Of a stretch of 64,000 bases of DNA, positions 24,136 to 36,200 are shown piece by piece. Within the stretch, counting starts at the first letter, position 1; every line of letters starts with the position of its first letter. Below the pieces are notes generated by a model that was not told where the DNA came from, ran no database searches, and worked only from the letters and a program-made list of their open reading frames with translations. This DNA is from Selaginella moellendorffii. Taxonomy: Eukaryota > Plantae > Lycopodiophyta. Both the position numbers and the translations under genes were made by a program. The stretch is from the NCBI RefSeq assembly GCF_000143415.4, contig NW_003314282.1, forward strand, positions 593,700-657,699. Direction: 5' to 3'.

Positions 24136-25768
24136 TGTGAGACAAAAAATCCCTAGGCCCCAAAGTGGAGCTGGAAGGGCGCCACGTGGTAGTGGCCGAA
24201 GCGAAAGCCAAACGAGCGTAACACGTTTGGACTAAAAGCTTCGACTTGGAAGGTTGAGAGCGGGAGTGGAACTCCCAACAAAGTGCTCGAGGAGCAAGCA
24301 CGAGACAACCAATAAGAAAGGCTCCAAAAAGGGACCCAAAAAGGACCAACACATGACACATGGAAGTGTCCGAGATGGAGTCCGAGGCGGACCCGAAGTG
24401 GAGTCCGAGATGGAGTCCGATATGGAGTCCGAAGTGGAGTCCGAGATGGAGTCCGATATGGAGTCCGAGATGGACCCGAAGTGGAGTCCGATATGGAGTC
24501 TGATATGGAGTCCGAGATGGAGTCCGAGATGGACCCGAGATGGAGTCCGAGATGGACCCGAGATGGAGTCCGAGATGGACCCGAGATGGAGTCCGAGATG
24601 GACCCGAGATGGAGTCCGAGATGGAGTCCGAGATGGAACCGAGACCGGGACCAAGACCGAGACCGAGACCGAGACCAAATCCGAGTCCGAATCCGGGACC
24701 AAAACCGAGTCTGAGTCCAAGTCCGAGTCTGAGTCCGAGTCCGAATACTAATACAGGTAGTTGGGTGAAAGCCCAAAGTGATCGTCCCCCGGGGGGGGGG
24801 GGCTGCGGGGGGTTCCAAAAGTATAGTAGAGAGAGTGTGGGGGTTGGAGCCTAGTGGAGCTAGTTTGGCCAGGAAAGGCTAGTTTGGCCCAGTGAAGGCC
24901 AGACCTAGTGTTGGGTGATGAACTGACCACTGGGAAGTCCAAGACTAGAGTGAACACGGACCGACAAGCGGGGTAGCTTGGTGAAGTGTTCAAGAGCCGA
25001 CTCTAGTTCCCCCGGGAGATCGACTGACCAATGCTCCCAGTCCAAGTGTGGGTGGCACTACCTACTTGGATACTAGGCGTGGCTCAACGGAACCTCGCTC
25101 TAAGCCCATGGCTAGAGCACCCAAGGGCGGAAGGCGGGGAGAGTACCCAGGTGGCTCGCGTAAGGCCACGGTGTTCCGAAATGTTGTCCCAAAGGCCCAG
25201 ACTGTGGAAAGGAAGAGGAGTAGTCCTCTGGGGTAGTGACCAAGGACACAGTCGTGTGGTGAGGAAGTCCCAGAGGACCGTGGGACTTAGTGGTCGGGCC
25301 TGTGGGCCTCGATCCAGTGGCAGTGTTGGCAAACACGGCTAGGGGCAGAAAGGGACTTAGTGGGGACTGACAGAGGGATATTGGGGAAGGTTATTCCCCT
25401 TATCAGTGGGCATCCTAAGGATGCTAAGGAGTGGATCTGAGATGACCACTCATGGATGGTTTGCCTAGTCTTGGAGAGCCAAGACTGTGATACAAGTAGT
25501 ATTGGAATACCAAAGTGGCAAAGGTGATTGGGCATGGCCTTAGCGTAACAGGCTGCCATGTTGGTGGTGCTTTTGAGTGTTAGTCATGGGATTGGACACA
25601 CGGAGCACTTGGACCAAGTGCAACTGTTGAGTGGCATGGATGCCATTCTCGGGGCTAGCAAGTCCTAAGTCCTAAATAGGACTTATGGAAGTTGTGAATG
25701 AGACTCCTCCAAGTGGTCGAAGGTGTGGTTAAGTGACTAAAGTAGAATGGAAAATTTAATCCCTTACA
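24136..25768. mobile_element. Solo LTR (1633 bp), sister of 10048-18881
   Basis: TGTGAGAC...CTTACA termini and TSD TGTGT. Inserted inside a LARD LTR. Confidence 0.88.
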
Positions 25769-26558
25769 TGTGTGTTCCTTGAGGGGGGGTGGGGGGGAAA
25801 ATATGGGGGGTTCCAAATGTATAATAGAGATAGTGGGTAGGTTGGGCATGGCTGACTAGCTTAAGGCATAGTCTAACTCCCATTTGTGTGTTTATCCTTG
25901 TTTTGCATCTGACTTGGGTTTAAGCCCAAGTTCCATTCCATGCTAATTAATGGAGTACCCATATTCTCATGTTAGGCCACCCGTATGTTGAAATAGCATT
26001 AGACTTTGTTTGGCTCTGTTTTGCATGTTGGTGCTGGATGCTCTAGGACTATTCCAAGTCGCTCGTACTCCTATCCCTTTGCTCCTTGGGCTAAACGCTC
26101 AAGAGTCACTCCGTGCTTTGGTTCCTTTGCTCCTTAGTTCCATGTTTAAGAGTTTGGCTCCGTTATTTCATTTAGTGGCCTAGGGCCCTAAAACTTAGGT
26201 TCTACACTACTATCCTTTAGACACGTGGCATGTGGCATGTGGCATATGACATGTGCCATATGGAGGGTTGAGGTTCCACTTTGTGGTTATCCTATAGTAA
26301 AACACATAAGATAAAGGGTAAAAACCACGTGTGCTATATTTGGTATTAAAGGATGAGTCTCAGCAAGTATTATCCAATGAGATTGGTCAACTAATCTCAT
26401 TGCATATGCAGAGATGAAAACGATAATCCAAGTGGGTACACGTTTGGGTGCAAAGACTTCGCATTTGTTAATTAGGTATGGATTTGGTTACTATTTTTTT
26501 ACCATATTATGTGAGCTTGCTCTTGGGCTCATAAGATGGATGTGAGATGTTCCATTTA

Positions 26559-26791
26559 CACGAGTTTGTGCTTGGCCTCGTGAGTGAAGCACATTAGCAC
26601 GAGTTTGCGCTTGGGCTCGTAAATGAGGCACATTAGCACAAGGTTGCACTTGGGCTCGTGGGTGAAGCACATTAACACAAGTTTGCGCTTGGGCTCGTAA
26701 GTGAGGCACATTAGCACGAGTTTGCACTTGGGCTCGTGAGTGAGGCACATTAGCACAAGTTGCACTTGGGCTCATGAGTAAGGCACATTAG
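26559..26791 (+). repeat. Tandem repeat, 6 x 39 bp
   Basis: Unit CACGAGTTTGCGCTTGGGCTCGTGAGTGAGGCACATTAG. Only one copy is present in the paralogs (~6576-6614 and ~17239-17278). Confidence 0.92.
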
Positions 26792-29609
26792 CAACTTGAG
26801 CTTACACTTTGAGTTGGCAGAATTGATATTAGCCTATCTGTGGTTACCATGAGTTGAACCATATACCATAGGTAAAATAAACTTTCCTAGGTTTGTTATG
26901 AGTGGCAAATAGGCTAGTCTATAGTTGTTTAGCACGACACTAGTGGATCCTTCCTAGGCATAATTATAAGTGGATCAATCAAAACTGTAGGGACTAGTCT
27001 ATTGGTTCAAATAATTATTGCCATGCTCTTTCATAAACTTTTCTTAGATTGGACTGAAGGTAGTGCGAACACAAATTTGAGGTTTGGTCAAAGATAAAGC
27101 CAAAAAGAGAGTCCTAAGCGACAAAGGATCAAACACGTAAATTATTTTTTCTTCTTGGAGAGATGATTTATAATAAGGTGTGACTTGGGTTTTTCTCCAT
27201 TGTTTTTAAACATATGGCATGTGGTATATGGAAGGTTAAAGCTTTGCTCTATAATTATTCTATGGTAAACCACTATAAAGTAAATAGTGAAAACCACATA
27301 TACTACAATATTGGATTTGTAAAAAAGCTTAAAATAGCTATGAATAGATAAAAAAAAATTTAAAAATAAAGATCTCAAGTGACCAATTAGATGCTGAAGT
27401 GGTTGTAAGAAAAAGAAAAATATATTTTTTGAATGTAAGGATTCTTAAGATATAGCATAGAAAGAAATTTATATATCTAATAAGCAATAACAACTAAAAG
27501 AAGTTAAGTGAGCTAGTAAAAAATCTATACAAAAAATGTTGTAAGAATGAAAGAAGCAACATTCAAGGAAAAAAAAGACATAAGAAAAATAGAAATTAAT
27601 ATAAAGGAAAATTTAACTTCCAAAATAAAATATTCCAATCCTTGCCAAGCTTGTTACTAATATTGTCCTAATTGAATTTGAAATTATGAGATAAATTTAA
27701 ATAACTATGATAGTTTAAGTTTTTGTCTGGCTCAAGAATGACGTTTACAAGAGAATAAGCCATATGCCTCCATAAAGAGTACAGGAGACAAAAGAGCTAA
27801 ATTTCATGAAAACCATAACAAAATTTAATGTATATCACTTTAGTTGAAAAACCACTAATTGGAGGTGGTGAACTCTATTATGCTATAACTACCATTGCTA
27901 TGTAAAAGCTCAATAGAAAAAACTTTTGAGTTAATAAAGATGTTGAATAAATCAGTATTAAAGCTATACTTATTAAGTAAAAAAAAAGTAATCCCTTTTG
28001 TGTTTATGACATAAAATTGAATTAAGAGTAGTTTTGAACATATTATCATAGGTAGGTGTACATAGCTTCTTTTATTGAATATAATATTATAATAAATTTT
28101 TTTGTCAAATTCAAATTATTGAAACTTTTTGTTGAACATTTTGTACTAGAATTTATGTTCTCAAAATTTTCTGCATTTTTGGATTACTTCTAAACTTTAG
28201 AGTTTAGATTATTTTTTGCTATTTATATCATGAACTAAAATATATTAGTCTATATTTTGAACTTTTTATTTAATTAAGCCAAGATTTTCAAGTTCTCTTA
28301 ATTTATTGTTAAGATTCTATGAATGAAGCACGCTTAAAATTCTTAATATATGATATTTATGAAAGAAGACTGAGATTAAATTTCTGAAGAACAAGAAAAG
28401 CTTCAAAGAACATTTCTGAGGTTTTTCATTATCCATAACAACATAATGCTAGCCGTCCCTCAGCATACCACCATCAGAAAAGCTTTTGTCTATGTATTGC
28501 TGAGAGTAGTGACAGGTATTTTGCTGGCTCCTATTCGACTACAACATGGTTGATGAAGCACTTTGGTTAGAAAAACCTATAAAAGAAGTAAACAGATTAG
28601 AGCTTTAGAAATGTGAAGTCATCATAGGTATTACAGCATCCCTTGCAGATAAGCAGGATTGACATCCCGTGCACTTCACCCACAATAGATCACTCCCAGT
28701 ATCAACAATATTTTTCAGAGTTTGGCTATGATTTTCCAATTGTCTTTCCATATAGTAAGAACTGCAATCTCAAATGATGAAAACAAGTATCAAAAAAGTG
28801 AAAGAAACAGTGCTCAAGAGAAGTATAGCCTATATATCCCTTGGGCTCGTTTGCCATTGTCCTCGAGAACATGCCAAGGCCTCTCTTTCCAGTTTGCTTG
28901 CTTGATCCCTGCAACTTGGAGAACCTGTGCTTGAGTTTGAAGCACCATTCACGCCATGAAGAAAAAGGACCAAAACACAAAGTCTCAGAAGAACAATCAG
29001 GCAATGCTTCATTTAAAACAAACTCCTTTCCTTTATAATCCTTATTAGTCCCCAAAACAAGGATTTCTAACATACTAGTTTTATTGATCTACAAATGATG
29101 GAGAGGCTCTAAACTAAAAATGGAACCCTTTCTTCTCATCGTCCTTGTCCTTGTGCTTTTAATCTTCATGATTTATAGACTTCTTTCTACAGATGTTGAT
29201 ATTGATGTTGATGTTGTTGTTGTTATTCTTGTTGCTCCTCTTGTGCTTGTGAGACCCATGGACTGGAGGACCTCCATCTTCATGATCATGGTCTCCATCC
29301 TCATGATCATGATCATCCATCTCAGGAGGATGCATTAGAGAACTGGATGCTGGTGCAATACTATTGTTCAAAGACAAGAGCTCCCTTCTACCCAAAGAAG
29401 AAGAAGAAGACACAGCTATCTGGAAAGTGGCAAAGGCGAAAACTAGAAACAACTTTCATTATTGTGGTAGTGATTAATGGAGCTCAATCAACTCTTGCTG
29501 AATAATCTTTAGACCTTGCAGGCCTTATATATTATGTTATATTCCAGCATGCATTGCCAAGTGGTTGAATGCTTAATGCATTCACCCATTAATATTATAA
29601 ACATGTAAT

Positions 29610-29682
29610 GTCAGTATGGCCAAGCGGTCTAACGTGACAGACTTGCCTCTCTAGGGTGCGGGTTCAAATCCCAATTCTGACA
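29610..29682 (+). pseudogene. tRNA-Leu(CAA-type) pseudogene lacking the anticodon loop
   Basis: GTCAGTATGGCCAAGCGGTCTAA...GGGTTCAAATCCCAATTCTGACA matches plant tRNA-Leu acceptor stem, D-arm (box A) and T-arm (box B). About 11 nt spanning the anticodon are missing. Confidence 0.75.
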
Positions 29683-30204
29683 TGAATATGTTTTAGCTTT
29701 ATACTTATTCACATTCAAGAACAAGAAAACGTTAACTAAATCATAACGTTTTATCTAGAAACCAAAATAATTTGCACGGATCTATCACTTCAAAGATAAA
29801 AAGCAGTGAAATCAAGTAAACAAACAAACGTCTAAAACACTTAAAAGACAGCAAGAAGATAGAATCATGAGCATTTTGAGATTCATCTACTCCTTCCATG
29901 TCTCATTCTCGATCCCAAGGCATAGATTTGCTCCTTTAGGACCGCAAATGCCTCCACTTCCAAAATGTGGTTTCTTCTTTCCAAATCCCCAGTCAAGGCA
30001 TTTGGTGTTGGAAAGGAAGTTCTCCACAATCGAGAGAACCCTAGAAAGGTTTAAAGGTAAAAAAGTTCTTCCTTCACTGCTGGGAGTAAGACGGCGCTCT
30101 TAGGCATCATCCAATCTCTTTGGGGTATGATACCTGGTAAATGCTGCGCTACGTGCGCTCATCACTACATTGACCCCATAAACCCTAGAGCTCCTAGGGC
30201 GGCG

Positions 30205-32056
30205 ATGGCGGCAGTGGCGGGGCTCTACCGCCGCGTTCTTCCTCTTCCGGGCATCGATTTCACCTGTCGCGAGGGCAAGGTAAGGCGCCGTGATCAGCGT
30301 TTGATCGCGATCGATGCGTATCTCTCGCGCAGGAAATATTTCGCGAGGCTCTCGAGGATGGAACCATGGAGGGATTCTTCAAGCTGATCGCGCATTTCCA
30401 GACGCAGGCTGAGCCGGCATTTTGTGGCCTTGCCTCTTTGTCCATGGTGCTCAACTCGCTGTCCATCGATCCAGGAAGAAAATGGAAAGGTACACAGTTT
30501 GTTCTTTCTTTCTTTGCCACCTCCATAGATATTTTTCTTTCTTCCACCTTACAAGCTTTCTTTGCAGGACCGTGGAGATGGTTTGATGAATCGATGCTGG
30601 ATTGCTGCGAGCCGCTGGAGAAAGTGAAGACTGATGGAATCTCTTTTGCCAAAGTTACGTGCTTGGGTGAGTGTTCCGGTGCAAGAGTGGAAGCAGTTCG
30701 AGCCAGCGAGAGCTCGCTGGAAGATTTCCGCAGCGTTGTGAAGAAATGTTGCTCGTCGGAGGACGAGCACTTGATTGCATCATACAACCGGCAGCCTTTG
30801 AAGCAGGTACTTTGTTTGTGGTCTTCGTTGCAACAGTTAAAACAGCTTAGAATTGACTGGAACTTTTTTTTCTTTGAGACTGGCACTGGACATTTCTCAC
30901 CGATCGGTGGCTACCACGAGCGAAGAGACATGGCTTTGATTCTGGACGTGGCAAGATTCAAATATCCTCCACACTGGGTGCCATTGAACGTGCTGTGGGA
31001 CGCTGTAAACACCGTGGACGTATCAACTGGAAAATCGAGAGGGTAAGACGAGTATTGCTTATTTTTTCTCCTCTCATGCACAACTTCATCCTGCAGGTTC
31101 ATGGTTGTTACAAAGCGAAGCGAACCACCTTCACTCTTGTTTACTTCGGTGAGTGAACATTAAATTCATTTGCTGATCAAGAATCGCGTAAAACTTGTTA
31201 CTCTCTTGCAGTCTTGCAAAGTCGAGAACTGGAGGGATGTTTCTAGATTTCTCAGCCAGGAACTCCGTGTAGTTGTGCGCAATGCAAAGGTGACAAGTGT
31301 CGAGGATGTCTTCTCCGCTATTCTCGAAACCTTTCCGGGCAAGGTAACCGGGTTTGTGAAATGGATAGTGGAGGTGAGGAGATCGAACGATGAATCTGGC
31401 AAACTGGACAACGATGAAATGCAGCGATTGACTCTTAAGGTCGGTTCATTTGACAGCAAAACTGATCATCTGCAACTTTTCTATTTCTCCTGTCTTGTAG
31501 ACAAACGTACTAAATCAGCTACGGAGCACAGATATGTACAAGCGGCTGGCTGGATGGCTCAAGTCGACCCCGTCGTGCCCGTGCGCACTGTCTGAAAAGA
31601 GTCTCACAGACGAAGTTGGCGAGGCATCGTGCCAAGGAAAGAGCCTGCTGTGTGGCGGACTGCATAAATCCAAGAGCTGTGCGAGCTGCGTGAGCTGCAA
31701 GAGAATGACAAGGACCACCGACGGCCAGGGTGCTGGCGTTCTTATCGGCGATGGCGGGGTCAAGGATGGCAACGTGCAAGTGATAGTCCCAACTGGTTCG
31801 TGCGAATTACACCCGACGCCCGTCGATGTTGTGACTGTACTCCTGCTCGCGCAGCCCAGCGAGACGTGGTCAGAGATCCCCAATTCGGAAGTGAGATTGG
31901 AGTTTGTCAACTTGGGTGCAACAGACAAGCTTCCAGATTTGCTTCAACTGGAGGTAGCGGAATGGCTTCCTAGATCTTTGGGGCTAATTTTCTCTCCTTC
32001 TCCAGGTTGTACACCTGCAGAGGCAGCTGCGAGTGCTCAACTGTAGCGACGAATGA
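30205..32056 (+). CDS. PCS: Phytochelatin synthase (8 exons: 30205-30279, 30333-30489, 30568-30806, 30879-31042, 31097-31148, 31212-31439, 31501-31953, 32006-32056)
   Basis: N-terminus [13 protein letters not shown]. Catalytic triad motifs [21 protein letters not shown] and [13 protein letters not shown]. Cys-rich C-terminal domain ending [12 protein letters not shown]. Confidence 0.95.
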
Positions 32057-32215
32057 ACTGGGGAAAAGAAAACGAGAAAGAACTCCAAGCGAGAAACCAT
32101 GAAACTCTTATGAACTTTGAACTTTCCTCCCTGCAGTGCCTACAGTGAGCTCCTTCCTTGCTGTGTTAACAAAACTGGAACTACGAACTATCTGCCAGAC
32201 CTCTTTAAAGAAGTT

Positions 32216-33283
32216 TTAAAGTACGAGCTTGTGAATCGGGTTGGCTCTGAGGTCCACTCCGAAGAGCCGTGTCCCTCCCGAGACAGCCGCTTCCTCTTCG
32301 TCGTCCTCATCAGAAGACGAGTGATGCGACGAAAGGGTGAGCATTTCATTCGATCTGCTGCTCGCATTGACTGCAGTCGCTGGTGCTGGTGTTGCAGGCG
32401 AGACCGGAAAATGCGAGGACAAGTGCTGCTGCTGCTGCTGCTCGTGCTGCTGATCGAAAGCTTCGTCCCCGGGAAGCGGGGCGAAAGCCGCTCGACCGGA
32501 AGTCGGCCTCTTGCGACAATTGATGTAGAGTTCGTGACGAGCGCCTCGCTCAAAGGAGATGATGTCCCCAGCCTGGAGATCTTTATCCTTGACGAAACGT
32601 ATCCATCCCTTGGTGAGGACATAGCTCTGGCTGCTACTCCAGTAAGAGTAGCGGAACCACCACAGCTCTCGACTTACAACGTCCTGGAAGGAGAGGAGGC
32701 GGCCTTTCTTTCGCAGGCAGGGATCCAGTGGGAACCACCTCTCGGCGTGCTGCTTGGGAATGACCAACCTGTTGAGCTTTCCAACATCGCTGGGAGTGAC
32801 AACTTTGTAGAAGAGGTGCTCGTGAGCTGCTGCCCCTCCTCCGGTTGCTGGAGATCTCGCTTGATCATGGTACGTGTGCTGTGGTGATTTTAATGGATTC
32901 AACTTATCAGATTGGTGGTGATGCCAATTAGAGGCGTGCTGCTGCTGCTGCTGCTGGATCGAGTGAAACTCACCACCACTGGCGAAGCTCATCCTGGAGA
33001 GTAAGCTTTCCTGACGACTCTTTTCTTTCAAAGCCTGGAGATTGCTAAAGAGCTGCTGCTGTTGCTGCTGGACAGTGTAAGCCGGAGGAGGAGGAGAGAG
33101 GTGGAGCTGCTGCTGGTAGTGGTGGAGTCCATAAAAGGAGCGCTGCTGCTGGAGCGAGGAAGAATCATACAAGCAAGCATCGTGCTCGTGATCCTGGGCC
33201 GCCGGTAACACCATCCCTCCACACTTTTGCCTCTTTCCTTCTCTCGCAGACGCTAACCCCCAGTTCAATGCAAACAGGCCCAT
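32216..33283 (-). CDS. RAV-family B3 transcription repressor, NGATHA-like (no AP2 domain), intronless
   Basis: B3 domain [26 protein letters not shown]...[17 protein letters not shown] and repression motif RLFGVDL. The start codon is uncertain. Confidence 0.9.
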   Translation of the reverse strand: MGLFALNWGLASAREGKRQKCGGMVLPAAQDHEHDACLYDSSSLQQQRSFYGLHHYQQQLHLSPPPPAYTVQQQQQQLFSNLQALKEKSRQESLLSRMSFASGGEFHSIQQQQQQHASNWHHHQSDKLNPLKSPQHTYHDQARSPATGGGAAAHEHLFYKVVTPSDVGKLNRLVIPKQHAERWFPLDPCLRKKGRLLSFQDVVSRELWWFRYSYWSSSQSYVLTKGWIRFVKDKDLQAGDIISFERGARHELYINCRKRPTSGRAAFAPLPGDEAFDQQHEQQQQQHLSSHFPVSPATPAPATAVNASSRSNEMLTLSSHHSSSDEDDEEEAAVSGGTRLFGVDLRANPIHKLVL

Positions 33284-36200
33284 TGCGCGCTTCTCTCCTT
33301 TCTCTCGCGACTCTCTCGGCCGACACGACTGGACGACTCAGCAGCACTGCATCGATCGAGATCTCTCTCTCTCGAGGAGAGAGAGCAAAGAGAGAAAAAG
33401 AACGATAGAACAGAAAAAGAGGAGCGAGACTCTCTCTCGTGTGCACAGCTTCCTCGTAAGTAATCTTGCTGCTAGTTTGCGCGACACATTTGAATGAATG
33501 AATGACGCTTTGAGTTTGGAGCCAGGTAGGAAAAGAAGCGCTCAAGGGGAGCACTGGCCGACACGCACGACACCGCTACTCCCACACCAACACATTGGTA
33601 CTTGTCTGTCCCTCCTCCCTCCTCTCCATCCACCATCGCCTTTTATATTGCCGGTTAGACAGGCACTGGAAGATGAAAGGAACGCTCGCTCGCTTCGCTC
33701 ACTCTTAAGAACACGAGAACACACAGCACTGATGATGATGAACGAAGCAAAGCCAAAAAAAAAAGCGAGGAAGAAGGCGAAGAAGAACGAGGACGAAGAC
33801 GTGATTTGCGTCGTTGAATACGTATTGCTTTGTAAGGCGGCACTGCAAATAAATAGTATTTGTATTCATTCATTCATTCATGTTGGTTTGTTTGTTGTCT
33901 CCTCGCTTAAATTTCTCTCTCTGTTTTTGACAGTCTTTTTTACGCGTAGAAAACATTGAATAAAAGTGGAAAGGATTTTTCCCCTGGTGTCAGCTGCGAA
34001 AAAAAATGGTTTTTTTTTGCGGAAGGAAGATTTAAAAAGCGAGAAAGAATATATGGAAATGGATGGATGAGTGAGTGAATGAATGAGCTCAGCTTATCAG
34101 TTGCTCATAACGCTACATTCTCACAGGCTTTAAAGCGCGCTGTGTTTGTATACACATTAATGGATTTGCTCCCTGCCTGGCGATGGCTGCTGTGGCTGTG
34201 CTGTGTGATTAAATTCTAAAATATACCACCCAGTGTACAGAGGATTTCAATCGATCGCGCCCCCCAGCCAGGGATTAAAAATCTTTCTTTTTCTTGTTTG
34301 TTCTTTGCCTCTGTCTTGCTCGCTCACGGGCCGTCCCGTTTGGAGGAGAAACGAGCGAGCTTTGTGCGTGAATTTGGGGCCATACTTATCGCTCGATCAT
34401 GCCATACGTTGTTTTCTACGCTGGCGAGAGATGCATGACTGGGCTTTCCTGGCAACAAATGCGCGAGGTCAACGGGGATTTCGCCCTTCCACGGGAAAGA
34501 TTCATCACAGCAAAAACAGAGGAAGATAAGCATTAATGTGGAGTTTTGTGTGATCAATTCCATTCAATCAGGGCTTCGATCGACCAATTTCCATCCGAAC
34601 CTTGTCCAATTCCCTCTGGATTTTAAGGGCGAGAAGGCTGCCGCTGTTGCTGCGCGAATTCATTGCGAAAAATGCTCCTTGTCTCTTGTCAACTTGTCAC
34701 CGCAGCAAGACATTTTTGGGCGCGGGAAGCTCAACGCGAGGCACGCCAAACGGACAAAAGCCCACATTGATTCGCCCATTTGGGTCGTATTGGGTTGTCT
34801 TAATTTCTCAAATGGAGGCAGGCACGATGGCGATCGATCGATGGGAAGCTAGCTTATTTACTTTTAAGTCTCGTCGGGATTAGCAACGCGAGCGCGAGGA
34901 GAGAGGGAGTGGCTTTCACACATCTGGAGTGGCAGTAGCTTCATAAAAAGGTGCGTAGTGTCTTATAAGCATACTTGGGTGGGTTTAGCTCTCCTCTCTC
35001 TCTCTCTCTCTCTCGCTGTGTTTTTTATTTCTTTCTTTCGTATCTTTTGGAAGTAAGAACAGCAAATCTGTTCCATATCCCCAGGTAAAACCTCTCCTAT
35101 AAGCTATACGCTACGACAGTATAGCTACTTACACACTGGATTATCAATCCCTCGCCGGCTTCGTGCTACTTGTGATAGCGAAAGCCGATCGAGATCACTG
35201 CTTATGCATGGATTTTGTTTTGATTTGGCCTACCGAAGTCAGCTTGATTTTTTCGATCTTTTGCAAAGCAGGCATGCGAGTTCGATGGCCTTGAGTTAGT
35301 TCCTTGAGTGTTTATCCAATTTCACGAGCTTGAGCTTGCATAAATCTGGTTTTTTTTGGAAGTTCTTCTCTGGATCCATCTTAGATCATCTCAGTCAAAG
35401 ACTTCTCAAATTGGTCCACGCTTTCTCGCTCTGGTCGTTGGGATGTTGAGATGAGTCCATTTCATTCATCATCAGCGAGCAGCTTCTGCCGAAAAGAACC
35501 GAGAGAGAAAAACCGAAACTAAGCTTGGAGAAATCACTCCACCTATCTGCGTGTGTGCGAGTGTGTGGTAGTTTTCAGTAGGCGTCCACAGCCTAGGCGC
35601 TGCCAAGCGAAACGAGTCAAACTCCGTCTTGAATGATAAGCCTACTCCTTGCGGTGGTATAACTGGTTTGTTGCTTGGATTTTCATTTGGGCGATGGTGG
35701 CTGTTTGGAGGCATTTGGATGGAGCCATCGTCCTCGTCTCTCGTCTCGTTCGCGTTCGTCCACCTACATAATCTCTTTTTTACTCGTTTTCTCGTTGGGA
35801 AGGAAGCTATAGTTACTTCGGAAAGAAAAACTGTAGAAAAATCTTTCTCACTGCTTGGTTTCTCGTGTGTAGTGCGACTGCGACTCGAGGAATGGGCGAG
35901 CTGGAGCTTTCACCACTTGATGAACTTCTCTGTCGAACTAGGTATCATCACACACCACCACAACGCACACCACAGACAAAACTTAAGAACTCGGTTGTTT
36001 TCTCCTTGCCTCAAACATTTAAGCAGGCCACTCATACGATGGAGATGTCTTGGCAGAAGCAGTAGTGTAGCAGTCAAATATATCGCACTGGTAAGCAGTT
36101 TCTTCCTCAGTCAAGGTCTCTCGTATCATCAAGTTCTCATCCATCATCAAGTTCCCCAAAACTTTTATAACTTTCCACTTCTTCCAGCTTGGTATGCTTT

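Larger units (their letters stand above)
23724..27190 (+). mobile_element. LARD-family fragment: 5'-truncated LTR (to 26338), decayed PBS, start of internal domain
   Basis: Homologous to the LARD LTR from about position 70 onward. Ends GTGCTATA, then TTTGGTATTAAAGG. The internal domain matches 6377-7010 and stops near 27190. Confidence 0.8.

Noticed and set aside
26559-26791. CRISPR-like appearance of the 39-bp repeats
   Set aside because: Contiguous tandem units with no unique spacers, no cas genes, and a eukaryotic retroelement context.
27200-28400. Very AT-rich stretch, possible DNA transposon remnant
   Set aside because: No TIRs, TSD or recognisable transposase motif could be supported.
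32117-32887. 256-aa plus-strand ORF, and similar antisense ORFs over PIN and the second B3 gene
   Set aside because: These are antisense shadows of GC-rich coding sequence.
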